Assembly: GCA_963792585.1 (NCBI GenBank)
Contig: CAWBWI010000004.1
Span: 266,548-330,547 of the forward strand
Source of the DNA: Candidatus Eiseniibacteriota bacterium
GTDB lineage: Bacteria > Eisenbacteria > RBG-16-71-46 > CAIMUX01 > VGJL01
Direction of reading: 5' to 3'
Length of the DNA stretch: 64,000 bases
This document shows, in pieces, positions 10,721 to 19,650 of this stretch. The notes below the pieces were generated by a model. The model was not told where the DNA came from, searched no databases, and saw only the letters and a list, made by a program, of their open reading frames with translations. The translations under genes were made by a program, and so were the position numbers. Each line of letters starts with the position of its first letter. Position 1 is the first letter of the stretch.

Positions 10721-12028
10721 CTACCGGTAACTCGCCTTGATCCGACCCCAGGTAGTCGCCTGGATCGGCGTAGGCTCACACTCATTCGGGTCACAGTTGG
10801 TCCCGTTCCCCATGTAGTTCCCGCCCTGGTCGCCGCACGCTGACTGTCCAAGGACGAGGCACGGTCCATCCCCGAAGCAGCAAGCACCAGTCGGTAGAGC
10901 GCCGCAACCCTGCCCGAGGGCACCTATGAGTTCACCGCAAGGGCTATTCTCGGCAAGACATGGGGAATCCTCGCGAAGACTATAGTCCGACAAATGAGCT
11001 TCATAGCAGTCGAATTCTAAGCAGTACATTGGATCATCCCATACCTGCTCGCCCACGAATCCGATGCTCCATAAGGTGACACCGGTACTATCAACGGCGC
11101 AGCACTCCACCCGGCCAATGGCCCCTTCCCAGACATTGAGATCGAACTGACCGCATTCAGTGAAGTTATCTCGTACTACCGACCGCTGCGCATCCAGGCT
11201 CCCCGATCGCACTTCAACCCCACCTGCATTTCCTGCCAGGGTGCTGCGGATGATATGGGCATTAGCTTCTGCGCCATCAATTGCAATCCCGCCGATTCCT
11301 CCAGCCTGTCTTCCGAAGTTGTAGGTCACCAGTGACTCCTCGAGCCGCAGCTCCCCCGCATCCGACACCATTACACCCCCCGCCATCCCTCCATTGCAGT
11401 CGCGGATCACGCAACGGTCGATCGTGAGTCGCCCGCGCCCTGTTACCTCAGCGCCGCCGCCACTTTCACGGATCGTGCAGGTCACCAACCGCACACTGGC
11501 CATCCCATGGACGCCAACAGCAGGAATGACGTTCTCCTCGATCAAACAATCCGTCACGACTACAGAGGCATCTCCACCCGCAAGGATGGCTCCATTCAAC
11601 GGCGGCGGTGGATCTCCATACGCAAAGGAATAGCCCGTCATATGGCAGCCGTTGATCCTCAGAGTGCAGTTTCCACTCGCACAAACCGCACAACCAGAAC
11701 CTGTGTCGAGGGTGAATCCATCGACTAGGGCAACGGCATTGTCCGAACCACCAACCCAGACACTCCCACCGACCACTCTCGTGCTGATTGCACCCGACTC
11801 ACCTAGCAATACAACATCCCAATCAGGGAAGGATATTTCCTGATTCCCCTCACCTTGATGGACCCCGCTCCTAACCAGAACAGTGTCCCCCTCTTCCGCC
11901 GCCGTCAGCCCTGCCTGGATCGTAGGATACTGGTCGGGCACAATGCGAAGTACAGCCTGCGCCGACTGCCCGACGAATAGCACCAGGGGGACCACGCCCC
12001 ACGAACAAAGACGCTTCCGGCCGCTCAT
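10721..12028 (-). CDS. Secreted right-handed beta-helix protein with Cys-rich module and TTWGRIKASYR C-terminus (435 aa)
   Basis: Signal peptide; VPDQYPTIQAG..GDTVLV; beta-helix repeats; GAAGGAGGAG RBS. Confidence 0.9.
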   Translation of the reverse strand: MSGRKRLCSWGVVPLVLFVGQSAQAVLRIVPDQYPTIQAGLTAAEEGDTVLVRSGVHQGEGNQEISFPDWDVVLLGESGAISTRVVGGSVWVGGSDNAVALVDGFTLDTGSGCAVCASGNCTLRINGCHMTGYSFAYGDPPPPLNGAILAGGDASVVVTDCLIEENVIPAVGVHGMASVRLVTCTIRESGGGAEVTGRGRLTIDRCVIRDCNGGMAGGVMVSDAGELRLEESLVTYNFGRQAGGIGGIAIDGAEANAHIIRSTLAGNAGGVEVRSGSLDAQRSVVRDNFTECGQFDLNVWEGAIGRVECCAVDSTGVTLWSIGFVGEQVWDDPMYCLEFDCYEAHLSDYSLREDSPCLAENSPCGELIGALGQGCGALPTGACCFGDGPCLVLGQSACGDQGGNYMGNGTNCDPNECEPTPIQATTWGRIKASYR

Positions 12029-12334
12029 CTGCCCGCTCCTCCTTCAATGACGATGGGGACGGTCTTTCTCTTCGTCCCCACCCGAAGCTGAGCGAAGTAG
12101 ACCCCCCGCAACTCTGATGCCTCCATCGGTCTTTCCGTCCCACGCCACGTCCTTCACGCCATTAACTATCGCTCCACGCAACAAGGAGGCGAATCTTCGC
12201 GGTTCGCACCATCACTGTTATCTCGAGCGCGCGCTTTGGTGTCGGCATATCCGCTGGAAAGGATGCTGAGGAAGTGTGGTCCAGACCTGGTCGGGGATGG
12301 GTGCTAGGGCCTAGAGTTGGGGGCCAGGACGCAG

Positions 12335-12605
12335 ATGCCCCTCGGCCCACTCGGCGGAGGGGCTTCCAGTAGGCGCAATGAGAATCTGCGACCTGCATGC
12401 TCGACTCCAGAACCTCGATCCCACGTGAACTGGCCCGCGCAAGTCGTCGCGATGAGGCGGCGTATGCGTCTGGAGAAGACGCAACGAGGATACCGCGATC
12501 ACGGAGGGAGCGCCAGCGGCATTTGATGAGCGTTCGCCACGACCGCACAGTTTCGTCAACCGTCCTCAGCGGGCATCGCTCATGCTGAGAGCGTCCACCA
12601 CTCGG
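12335..12605. repeat. Second repeat segment (shared with 24222-24425) fused to the left part of the intergenic repeat
   Basis: CTCGGCGGAGGGGCTTCC...CTCCAGAACCTCGATCCC...GCGTCTGGAGAAG..GCAACGAGG present at both loci, followed by CAGTTTCG...CGCTCATGCTGAGAGCGTCCACCAC. Confidence 0.8.
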
Positions 12606-12614
12606 CCGCGATCC

Positions 12615-12753
12615 TCGACGATGAGGGCGCGTTGCGCCTGAAACGAGGAGATCAGGGCACGGATAATGGTGAAGAGCAAGGCGGGAAGGCTATCGTAGAT
12701 CTGCGCGTAACTGCAAGCCAAGCGGCGAGGACGGAGTTTTTCAGAAGCCATAG
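12615..12753 (-). mobile_element. Remnant left end of an IS related to the element at 18134-19511
   Basis: Translation LLFTIIRALISSFQAQRALIVE resembles the transposase N-terminus LLRFLRAILQSRTTLALE. End CTATGGCTTCTGAAAAACTCC resembles the IS terminal repeats. Confidence 0.5.
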
Positions 12754-12883
12754 CTCTTTCATGCCGCAAGTGTGTGCCACGCGCTGCCCTTAGCGCACGG
12801 ACGGCTCGGGTCTGAAACCACCGACCGACTGGGCTCGCGCTGCGCACCCCGCGCGTTCGCGCGCGTGTTAGACACCACCTATT

Positions 12884-13723
12884 CTAATTGCGGTATCGCG
12901 CCTTTACTGCGCCCCACGTTGTCTCAATGACCGGGACGGGTCCATCCACCTCCACCCGGAACTCATCGAGGCTCCACTCTGTCCAGTCGTCGGCCCATAA
13001 GTACCAGTAGATCGGGGCATTTCCGAAGAGGACGGCGGTCGGTCTCAATGAAGTCGTGACCGGACCGTAGATGACCTGACCGTCGACGAGGATCGCGGCC
13101 GATGTCCCGACGTACACCACCTTGACCTCATGAGGAGCGGTCGGGTCGACCGGTACAATCCCCACCAGGTCGAACGAGCCGTCGAGAGCCGTGTTGATCC
13201 GGAGCCCCCCTTGCGCAGCGTCGGTCCCCATATGCAGTACGACATCTTCCGGGTGTCCATGGGGCAGACGGTCCCCGACGGGCTCCGTGTCCTGCGATCG
13301 AAAGACTGCGAGGCCACTGCCATATGGCGCGAGGTGGTCGTAGCGCAATCGCAGCGTGAAAGAGAAATCTCCTGAGGTTGGGAACACCAGCACGGACCCG
13401 GGGAGCCTGGAATACAGGATTGGGTATGCTCGTTCATTACTCGAGGAGAAGTGCATCCATCCATCAGATAGGGTCGCACTGCCGTACGGCGCGTGGATGG
13501 CGATATCGTGGCACTCGACTCCCTCATCGACCCAAGACCCGGGCCCCCAATAGTCGTCCGTCTCCTGACACCAGCGCGGACCGCTGGTCAGGATCTCGGT
13601 GCGCCAGACTGAGGGGTCCAGGTTTGGTCCGTTGAACTGCTCCTCGAAGAAGATGTCGGCGGCCGCCATCGATGCGATCGACAGCAGGCTGGTGAACACG
13701 AATAGGCCGATGATCGGCTTCAA
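12884..13723 (-). CDS. Secreted beta-sandwich/lectin-like protein with TTWGAVKARYRN C-terminus (279 aa)
   Basis: TTG start behind GGAGG; signal peptide; FEEQFNGPNLDPSVW; fold is a guess. Confidence 0.8.
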   Translation of the reverse strand: MKPIIGLFVFTSLLSIASMAAADIFFEEQFNGPNLDPSVWRTEILTSGPRWCQETDDYWGPGSWVDEGVECHDIAIHAPYGSATLSDGWMHFSSSNERAYPILYSRLPGSVLVFPTSGDFSFTLRLRYDHLAPYGSGLAVFRSQDTEPVGDRLPHGHPEDVVLHMGTDAAQGGLRINTALDGSFDLVGIVPVDPTAPHEVKVVYVGTSAAILVDGQVIYGPVTTSLRPTAVLFGNAPIYWYLWADDWTEWSLDEFRVEVDGPVPVIETTWGAVKARYRN

Positions 13724-13979
13724 GAAACACCTCCATATGCTTGGGTGGCAAAGCCATGGACTGGCACTGTGTCCGGGACCGTTTGTCGCGGAGGGAGGCA
13801 AGGCCGAAGGGAAACGTGCGGTTGCGGCCGCATCTCAGCGTCTCCTTTGTCGGAGCACGGATTCGACGCATCACCGTCTCGACCTGTTTGCGCAAGAGGA
13901 TTCTACGCCCCGCGAGCACTCATGTCCAAGCAGGAGATCGGGATCTGCTCTCTCGAAGCCTGGCCGAGCACCAGGTATC

Positions 13980-14342
13980 CCGCCCGGCATGTCCCGACCG
14001 CATCGGTGTTCACCACGAGCGCGCAGTTTCGTGAAGCGCCCGCAGCGGGCACCGCTCATGCCGAGAGCGTCCACCACTCGACCAACAGAGAGAGTGCCAC
14101 AGAGAGTTACGCCCTCTCACGCCCCAATTTCGCGGCGGTTCACAGCGATCGCGCTCGACACAGTTCGCAAACAGAGAATCCGCATCGTCGTGCCACGCGC
14201 GCAACACGCACGCGTTTCTGCGGATAACAAGGAGCGCCGGAGGCATCAACCACCGAGGCTCCGTCCACCACTCTCGCCACGATAAGCTCGTGGCCTGCTT
14301 GTCTGGCTCCCCGGAGAGGACAGATTACGAACGGTTCTCTCC
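13980..14342. repeat. Intergenic repeat family, copy B (complete)
   Basis: Core motifs at 14006, 14067, ~14136, ~14200 and 14261; ends in AACGGTTCTC like copy A. Confidence 0.85.
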
Positions 14343-14370
14343 TGTCGCGGCCCTCGAAGCGCCAGGTCTC

Positions 14371-17300
14371 TCAGTTGATCCGTATCACTCCCCTCCTCCA
14401 GCACTTCTCCCCAGCACTCAGGCGCAGGAAATACACACCCGGGGCGACCTGACCTCCGCCTGATCCTCGGCCATCCCACGCGAGGGAGTGCGTCCCTGCA
14501 GCCACTACCCCAAGATCCAGGGTTCGAATCGTCCGACCGGCGGCATCAAAGACATCCAGACGCGCCGGCCCCGCATTCGATAGGCGATACCATAGTACCG
14601 CTGAGGTCGAGGATGGGTTTGGAACCACGCCAAGGATTCCCTCCCCGCCTACTGCAGCGATGGCAGGAATGCCTGACACCGGACACGGATTCGGATCACA
14701 GGTCGTCCATTCAGGATGCCAGACATTGGGGGCAACGCAGGCCGCCTGAGTGGTCATGGCGCATGTCTCTGCTACCGGATTGCAGCAGGCGCCGACCTGC
14801 GGACAGGGGTTCGGGGTGCAGGTCGCCCACTCCCCGTGCCAGACGTTTGGAGCAACACACTCAAGCGACGTCGTCATTGTACAGGCTCCGGTTGTCGGGT
14901 TACAGCACGCACCCTGTGGCTGTGGACAGGGATTCGGCGCACAAGTCGTCCACTCCCCGTGCCATACATTCGGAGCGACACACTCAGGTGGCGTTGTGAC
15001 TGTGCACACCCCAGTCGTCGGGCTACAGCACGCGCCTTGTGGCTGTGGACACGGGTTCGGCGCACAGGTCGTCCATTCCCCGTGCCAGACGTAGCCGCAG
15101 TTCGCCTGGGTCGTAACCGTACATGTGCCCGTGGCCGGATTGCAGCAGGCCCCAACCGCGGGGACCAAACCCAGACTGCGATAGGCGCCCGCCGCGACCG
15201 CTACGAAGCCGGCGTTCGGTGTGGGGACATGGGACTCGCCGTAGTAGTTCGTCCCCCATGCCACGATCCTTCCATCGGCCTTGAGACCCAGACTGTGACG
15301 AAACCCCGCAGTGACTGCGATGAAGCTGGTATTAGGCTCCGGAACGTTACACTCACCGGAACCGTTGTACCCCCAAGCGATGATCGAGCCATCGGATTTC
15401 AGGCCCAAACTGTGATACTGACCCCCAGCGACCGCTACGAAGCCGGTGTTCGGCGCGGGGACGTAGCACTGGCCAAACCAGTCGAGACCCCATGCCACGA
15501 TCGTCCCGTTGGACTTCAGGCCCAGACTGTGATAGTTGCCCGCCGCAACTGCCACGAATCCGGCGTTTGGCGCGGGGACGTAGCACTCGCCGCTGAAGTT
15601 GTTGCCCCATGCCACGATCGTCCCGTTGGACTTCAGGCCCAGACTTTGACTGGTGCCCGCTGCGACCGCCACGAAGTCGGCGTTCAACGCGGGGACGTTG
15701 CACTGGCCGTAGTCGTTGAGCCCCCACGCCACGATGGACCCATCGGCTTTGAGAGCCAAGCTGTGAGCCCCTCCCCCCGCGATCGCTACGAAGTCCGCGT
15801 TCGGCGCGGGGACGTTGCACTGGCCGTAGTCGTTGAGCCCCCATGCCACGATCGTCCCGTCGGACTTGAGACCAAGACTGTGCTCATTGCATCCATTGAT
15901 CGCCACGAAGTCGGCGTTGGGCGCCGGCACATCGCACCCGCCGTTGTCGTTCTTCCCCCATGCCACGATCGAGCTGCCGCCTGGTTGAGGACATGGATTC
16001 GGAAGACAGGACGTTCCCGGACCCATCCAGACGCTGGGGAACGTGCATAGATTCTCGGTCACCACTAGGCAATTCCCCGTCACGGGATTGCAGCAGCCGC
16101 CGGGTGGACAGGGGCTTGGGTCGCAGCTCGTCGTTCCGCCCCATCCTCCCCCTCCTTCGGCGCAGGTTGCCTGAGGTAGTTGCTCGCAGTGTCCATCGGG
16201 GAAGCAGCAGGCCATCGGAGTGGACGGGCAGGGATTCGGGTCACAAGTGCTTGGGTATCCGAGCGGAACCCCTCCTTCGGAGAGGCAAACGCGTTCCGTG
16301 ACGAACTCACAGTGCTCGTCCGGGAAACAGCAGGCCGACGACTCCGGAAGCGTGATCGACCAGTCGAGCGTGAAGTCCGCGCCCGCGTCTGGGCCGGTGG
16401 CGTCGGCGATCAGGTAGTAGGTCCCGGCGGCTCCCACCGTCCATGTGAACGTCTCCGGCTCCGGATTGTCCGCGCCGACCACACAACTGGCCATATCACC
16501 GCAATCGGAGAGGATGTAGATGGATCCATCATATGCTGGAGTCGCATAGACGACGTGGACGATGTCGCCGACGACCACGTTCAGTATGTACACGAGATCC
16601 CTGCCGTGTGCAGAGTTGCCGGTGCAACCGTTCGTCGGGTTGTAATCGTTGAACGCGCCCGCCAGGTTCGCGGCGATCGAGCCGCTGCCGTAGCGGGGCA
16701 ACTCGATCGCACCCGAGCACAAGTCGTTCGGCGGTCGCGCGCATGGATTTGGGTTACAGCTCGTATCGATGCCCGATGATCCCCCTCCTTCATCACAGGC
16801 AGCCTGGAGACAATTGCTCGCAACGCCCATCGGGAAAGCAGCAGGCCATCGGAAGCGACGGGCAGGGATTCGGGTCACAAGTGCTCCCGGGTCCCTGGTA
16901 TGCCCCCCCGAGTTGGGAGCAGTCCACAGGCATGAGGGACTCGCAATGCAAATCGGCAAAGCAGCACGCTCCGGGAACCGGAGGAGTTGTATAGAACCGC
17001 TGACTGGCGTCAAAAGGGACGCCAATGAGATCCTCAATCCGAATCCAGTCCGGGTACCCGTAGGCTTCGGAACGAAACGTAGATTGATAGCCGGTCACCT
17101 GCCCCGCCGCGAGATGAAACCAACTCGGCGGGATCGCATGGTCGCACGCTTGGGCCGAGAACCAGTATGACCCTACCCCAATATCCGCCGACACGGATGC
17201 GTGATACTCGTAGACTCTTGCGCCCTCGGGGCCCTGGCCTACATCGATCGTCCACGTCGGGGTGGATTCGAGATACTCGGCCACGATGGAACCCGGAACA

Positions 17301-17671
17301 CCACCAGCGTCAGAGTAGAACCGCAAGTTGAATGCAGTGACATTTGGTTCGCCTTCTCCGTTTTCGTACACTCCCCACCACACGGCTTCAAGGATGGTCG
17401 TTTGCGCCGAAGAGTAGAAGTCGTTTGCGACTTCGGTCTCGGTCCCATAGACAGCATTGATCTCTGACATCAGCGCCGATCCGTTGAGATCCGGAGGCTC
17501 GTCCCACCATCCGTCCCGATCCCCGAGCATCACCGCCGGCGGCCCGCTGCCGCGATGCGCGAGCCCAAGCGTCGGGGGACCGGCAATTCCAACTGCCGGA
17601 CAGAGCATCACGAAGATCAAGCAGAGACCCAAACTGAGGAATCCGACCCGCGACGACCCTTGGTTCTTCAT
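14371..17671 (-). CDS. Third paralog: N-domain, 9 Cys-rich modules, PPC-like beta-sandwich, 7 RCC1 repeats, FlgD-Ig CTD; frameshift near 16805
   Basis: ORFs 16793-17731 (MKNQG start at 17671) and 14371-17037 join at EQLS/QAAC with one extra base. Confidence 0.88.
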
Positions 17672-18133
17672 CTGACGGCCCCTTTCCCTCTGTCCCAGTC
17701 GGTTCCGAGCAGCATGACGCCACGCGTCCAAGTGGATGGATTATCTCGGGTGAACGGACGATCACCGGCTCCACTGCTCGTACTCATCGGAAATCAATGG
17801 GATCAAGTGCGCGGATCTCACAGTAAGTGCCCTTCCGGTCGCGTCCGCGTAGTTGAAGGCGGAATAAGTATACTCCCGCATGGGGTGGAAGGCGCATATT
17901 GTAGTGGAGGAGGCTTGCTCTATTCCGGACGCCACCCAAGAAGGCTGACCCAGGGATCTGCCGCCCCAGGCGATGATTGCGGGGTCTCCGGCTGGTTGGT
18001 CGGTGCGTCGGGGTGGAATACTTCCGATCGTGGCCACCGCTGTTCCAACACGTCCCATTCACGCATCCGTGGATCGCTCATCGTGGCGGCGACTCGCAAA
18101 CTGAGGGGGACGCTCCCTATCGGGCCAAGATCA
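17672..18133. repeat. Duplicated leader region (copy 2) plus last codons (VILAR*) of a deleted gene
   Basis: Colinear with 7668-8130, including CGCTCCCTATCGGGCCA. Confidence 0.85.
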
Positions 18134-19511
18134 CCTGTGCTTCACGAGAATCCCTGCAGCCGCTCCCCCAGACAGATCTGCCGCCAATCCGTGATACGCT
18201 CAGCGACCTCATGGAAACACTTCTATCCGGACTGCTCAGATTCCTCCGCGCGATTCTCCAGTCGAGGACAACTCTGGCCTTGGAGAACGCCGCCCTGCGC
18301 CAACAACTCACGATCTACGAACGCTCTCAGAGGCATGTTCGGCTCCGAAGTGAAGATCGACTCTTCTGGATCTTTCTGCGCCGACTCTGGTCGGGCTGGG
18401 ATCGGACCCTGATCGTCGTCAAGCCCGAGACCGTGATCGCATGGCATCGACGAGGCTTCAAACTCTTCTGGAGGAGGAAGTCGGGGCCGTCCGTAGGCCG
18501 ACCGAAGATCCCACGGAGTCACATCCGATACATCCAGCGCATCTCGGGCGACCACCCGGAGTGGGGCGAGGACAGGATCGCCGAAGAACTTGTCGCCAAG
18601 TTCGGAGTCTCACACTCGTCCAGCACCATCCGTCGGTACATGGTTCCACGCGAGCGACCGCCCCGCGCAGAAGCAGACCTGGCGCACCTTCATTCAGTAA
18701 CCATGCCGGGCAGGTGTGGGCCTGCGACTTCCTCACCCAGTACACGGCTTTCTATGCCGTCATCCACGTCTTCGTCATCATGGAGGTCGGATCGCGGCGG
18801 ATCGTCCATGCCAACGTCACGAGCAACCCGACATTGTCATGGGTGAAGCAGCAGTTCCGGGAGGCGACGGCCGATGGCCAGATGCTCCGCGCTTCCTCGT
18901 CCACGACAACGGCGGAATCTACCGGCAGTGGGGGAAGCCCCTGGTCGTGGAGGAGGAAGGCCGGAGCCGCAGCTACCGATGCCATCTCGATCTCTGGTTG
19001 GACCAAGTCATGGGTATCGAGGGGCTGCCGATTCCCTACGGAGCGCCGAACGCGTCGCCCCACATCGAACGGTTCATGAGGACGCTACGGCAAGAGGCGC
19101 TGGACCACTTCATCTTCCTCAGTGCCGATCACATCCGTCGAGTCGTCAGCGAGTACGTCCGTTACTACAACGGGGCGCGCCCGTCGCAGGCGATTCACGG
19201 GATTCCCGATCCATACCCGGAGCTACGGCAGCCACCACCGACCGCGGGACGATTGGTTGCCCTCCCCATCCTGGGTGGCGTCCAGCACGACTACCGGTTG
19301 GTCGCGTAGCTCTCTTTCGTCCGTTCGGCCACGCTCAATCGCGAGGGATAACTACGCCCCGGCCGGTCGGAAATCTCCTCGACGCGCTCGCACTTGCTTT
19401 TCGGAGCGCCTCGAGAGCATGGATCGTTGCCCTGCTACGTCCCAAGAACATCCAAGCCGACGATAATCAGGTTAGTCCGCCAAGGCGCATGGAGTTTTCT
19501 CGGAGTACGGG
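18134..19511 (+). mobile_element. Insertion sequence with rve/integrase-core DDE transposase (IS3/IS481-like); CDS ~18211-19309 with frameshifts
   Basis: ENAALRQQL, VKPETVIAWHRRGF, WACDF, APNASPHIERFMRTLRQE, YYNGARPSQ, LGGVQHDY. Imperfect terminal IRs CCTGTGCTTCACGAGAATCCC / GGAGTTTTCTCGGAGTACGGG. Confidence 0.85.
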
Positions 19512-19650
19512 TTTCCAAACAGAGAATCGGCCCGGCGGAGGCACGCGCGCAACAGGCGCGCAGCTCTGCGGATAACGAAGAGCCCCGATGGCATCAACCA
19601 CCGAGGCTCCGTTCACCGCTCTGATCACGCGCAGGTCATGCAGCGGGGCC
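19512..19650. repeat. Intergenic repeat family, copy C (right part, cut by the IS)
   Basis: AAACAGAGAATC...CTGCGGATA...ACCACCGAGGCTCCGT.CACCGCTCTGATCACGCGCAGGTCATGCAGCG, nearly the same as 24645-24780. Confidence 0.85.

Noticed and set aside
897..16050. Long plus-strand ORFs opposite the repeat genes (e.g. 897-1829, 5380-6156, 14716-16050) and antisense ORFs such as 45932-48370
   Set aside because: Shadow ORFs expected from high GC and codon bias; no recognisable motifs.
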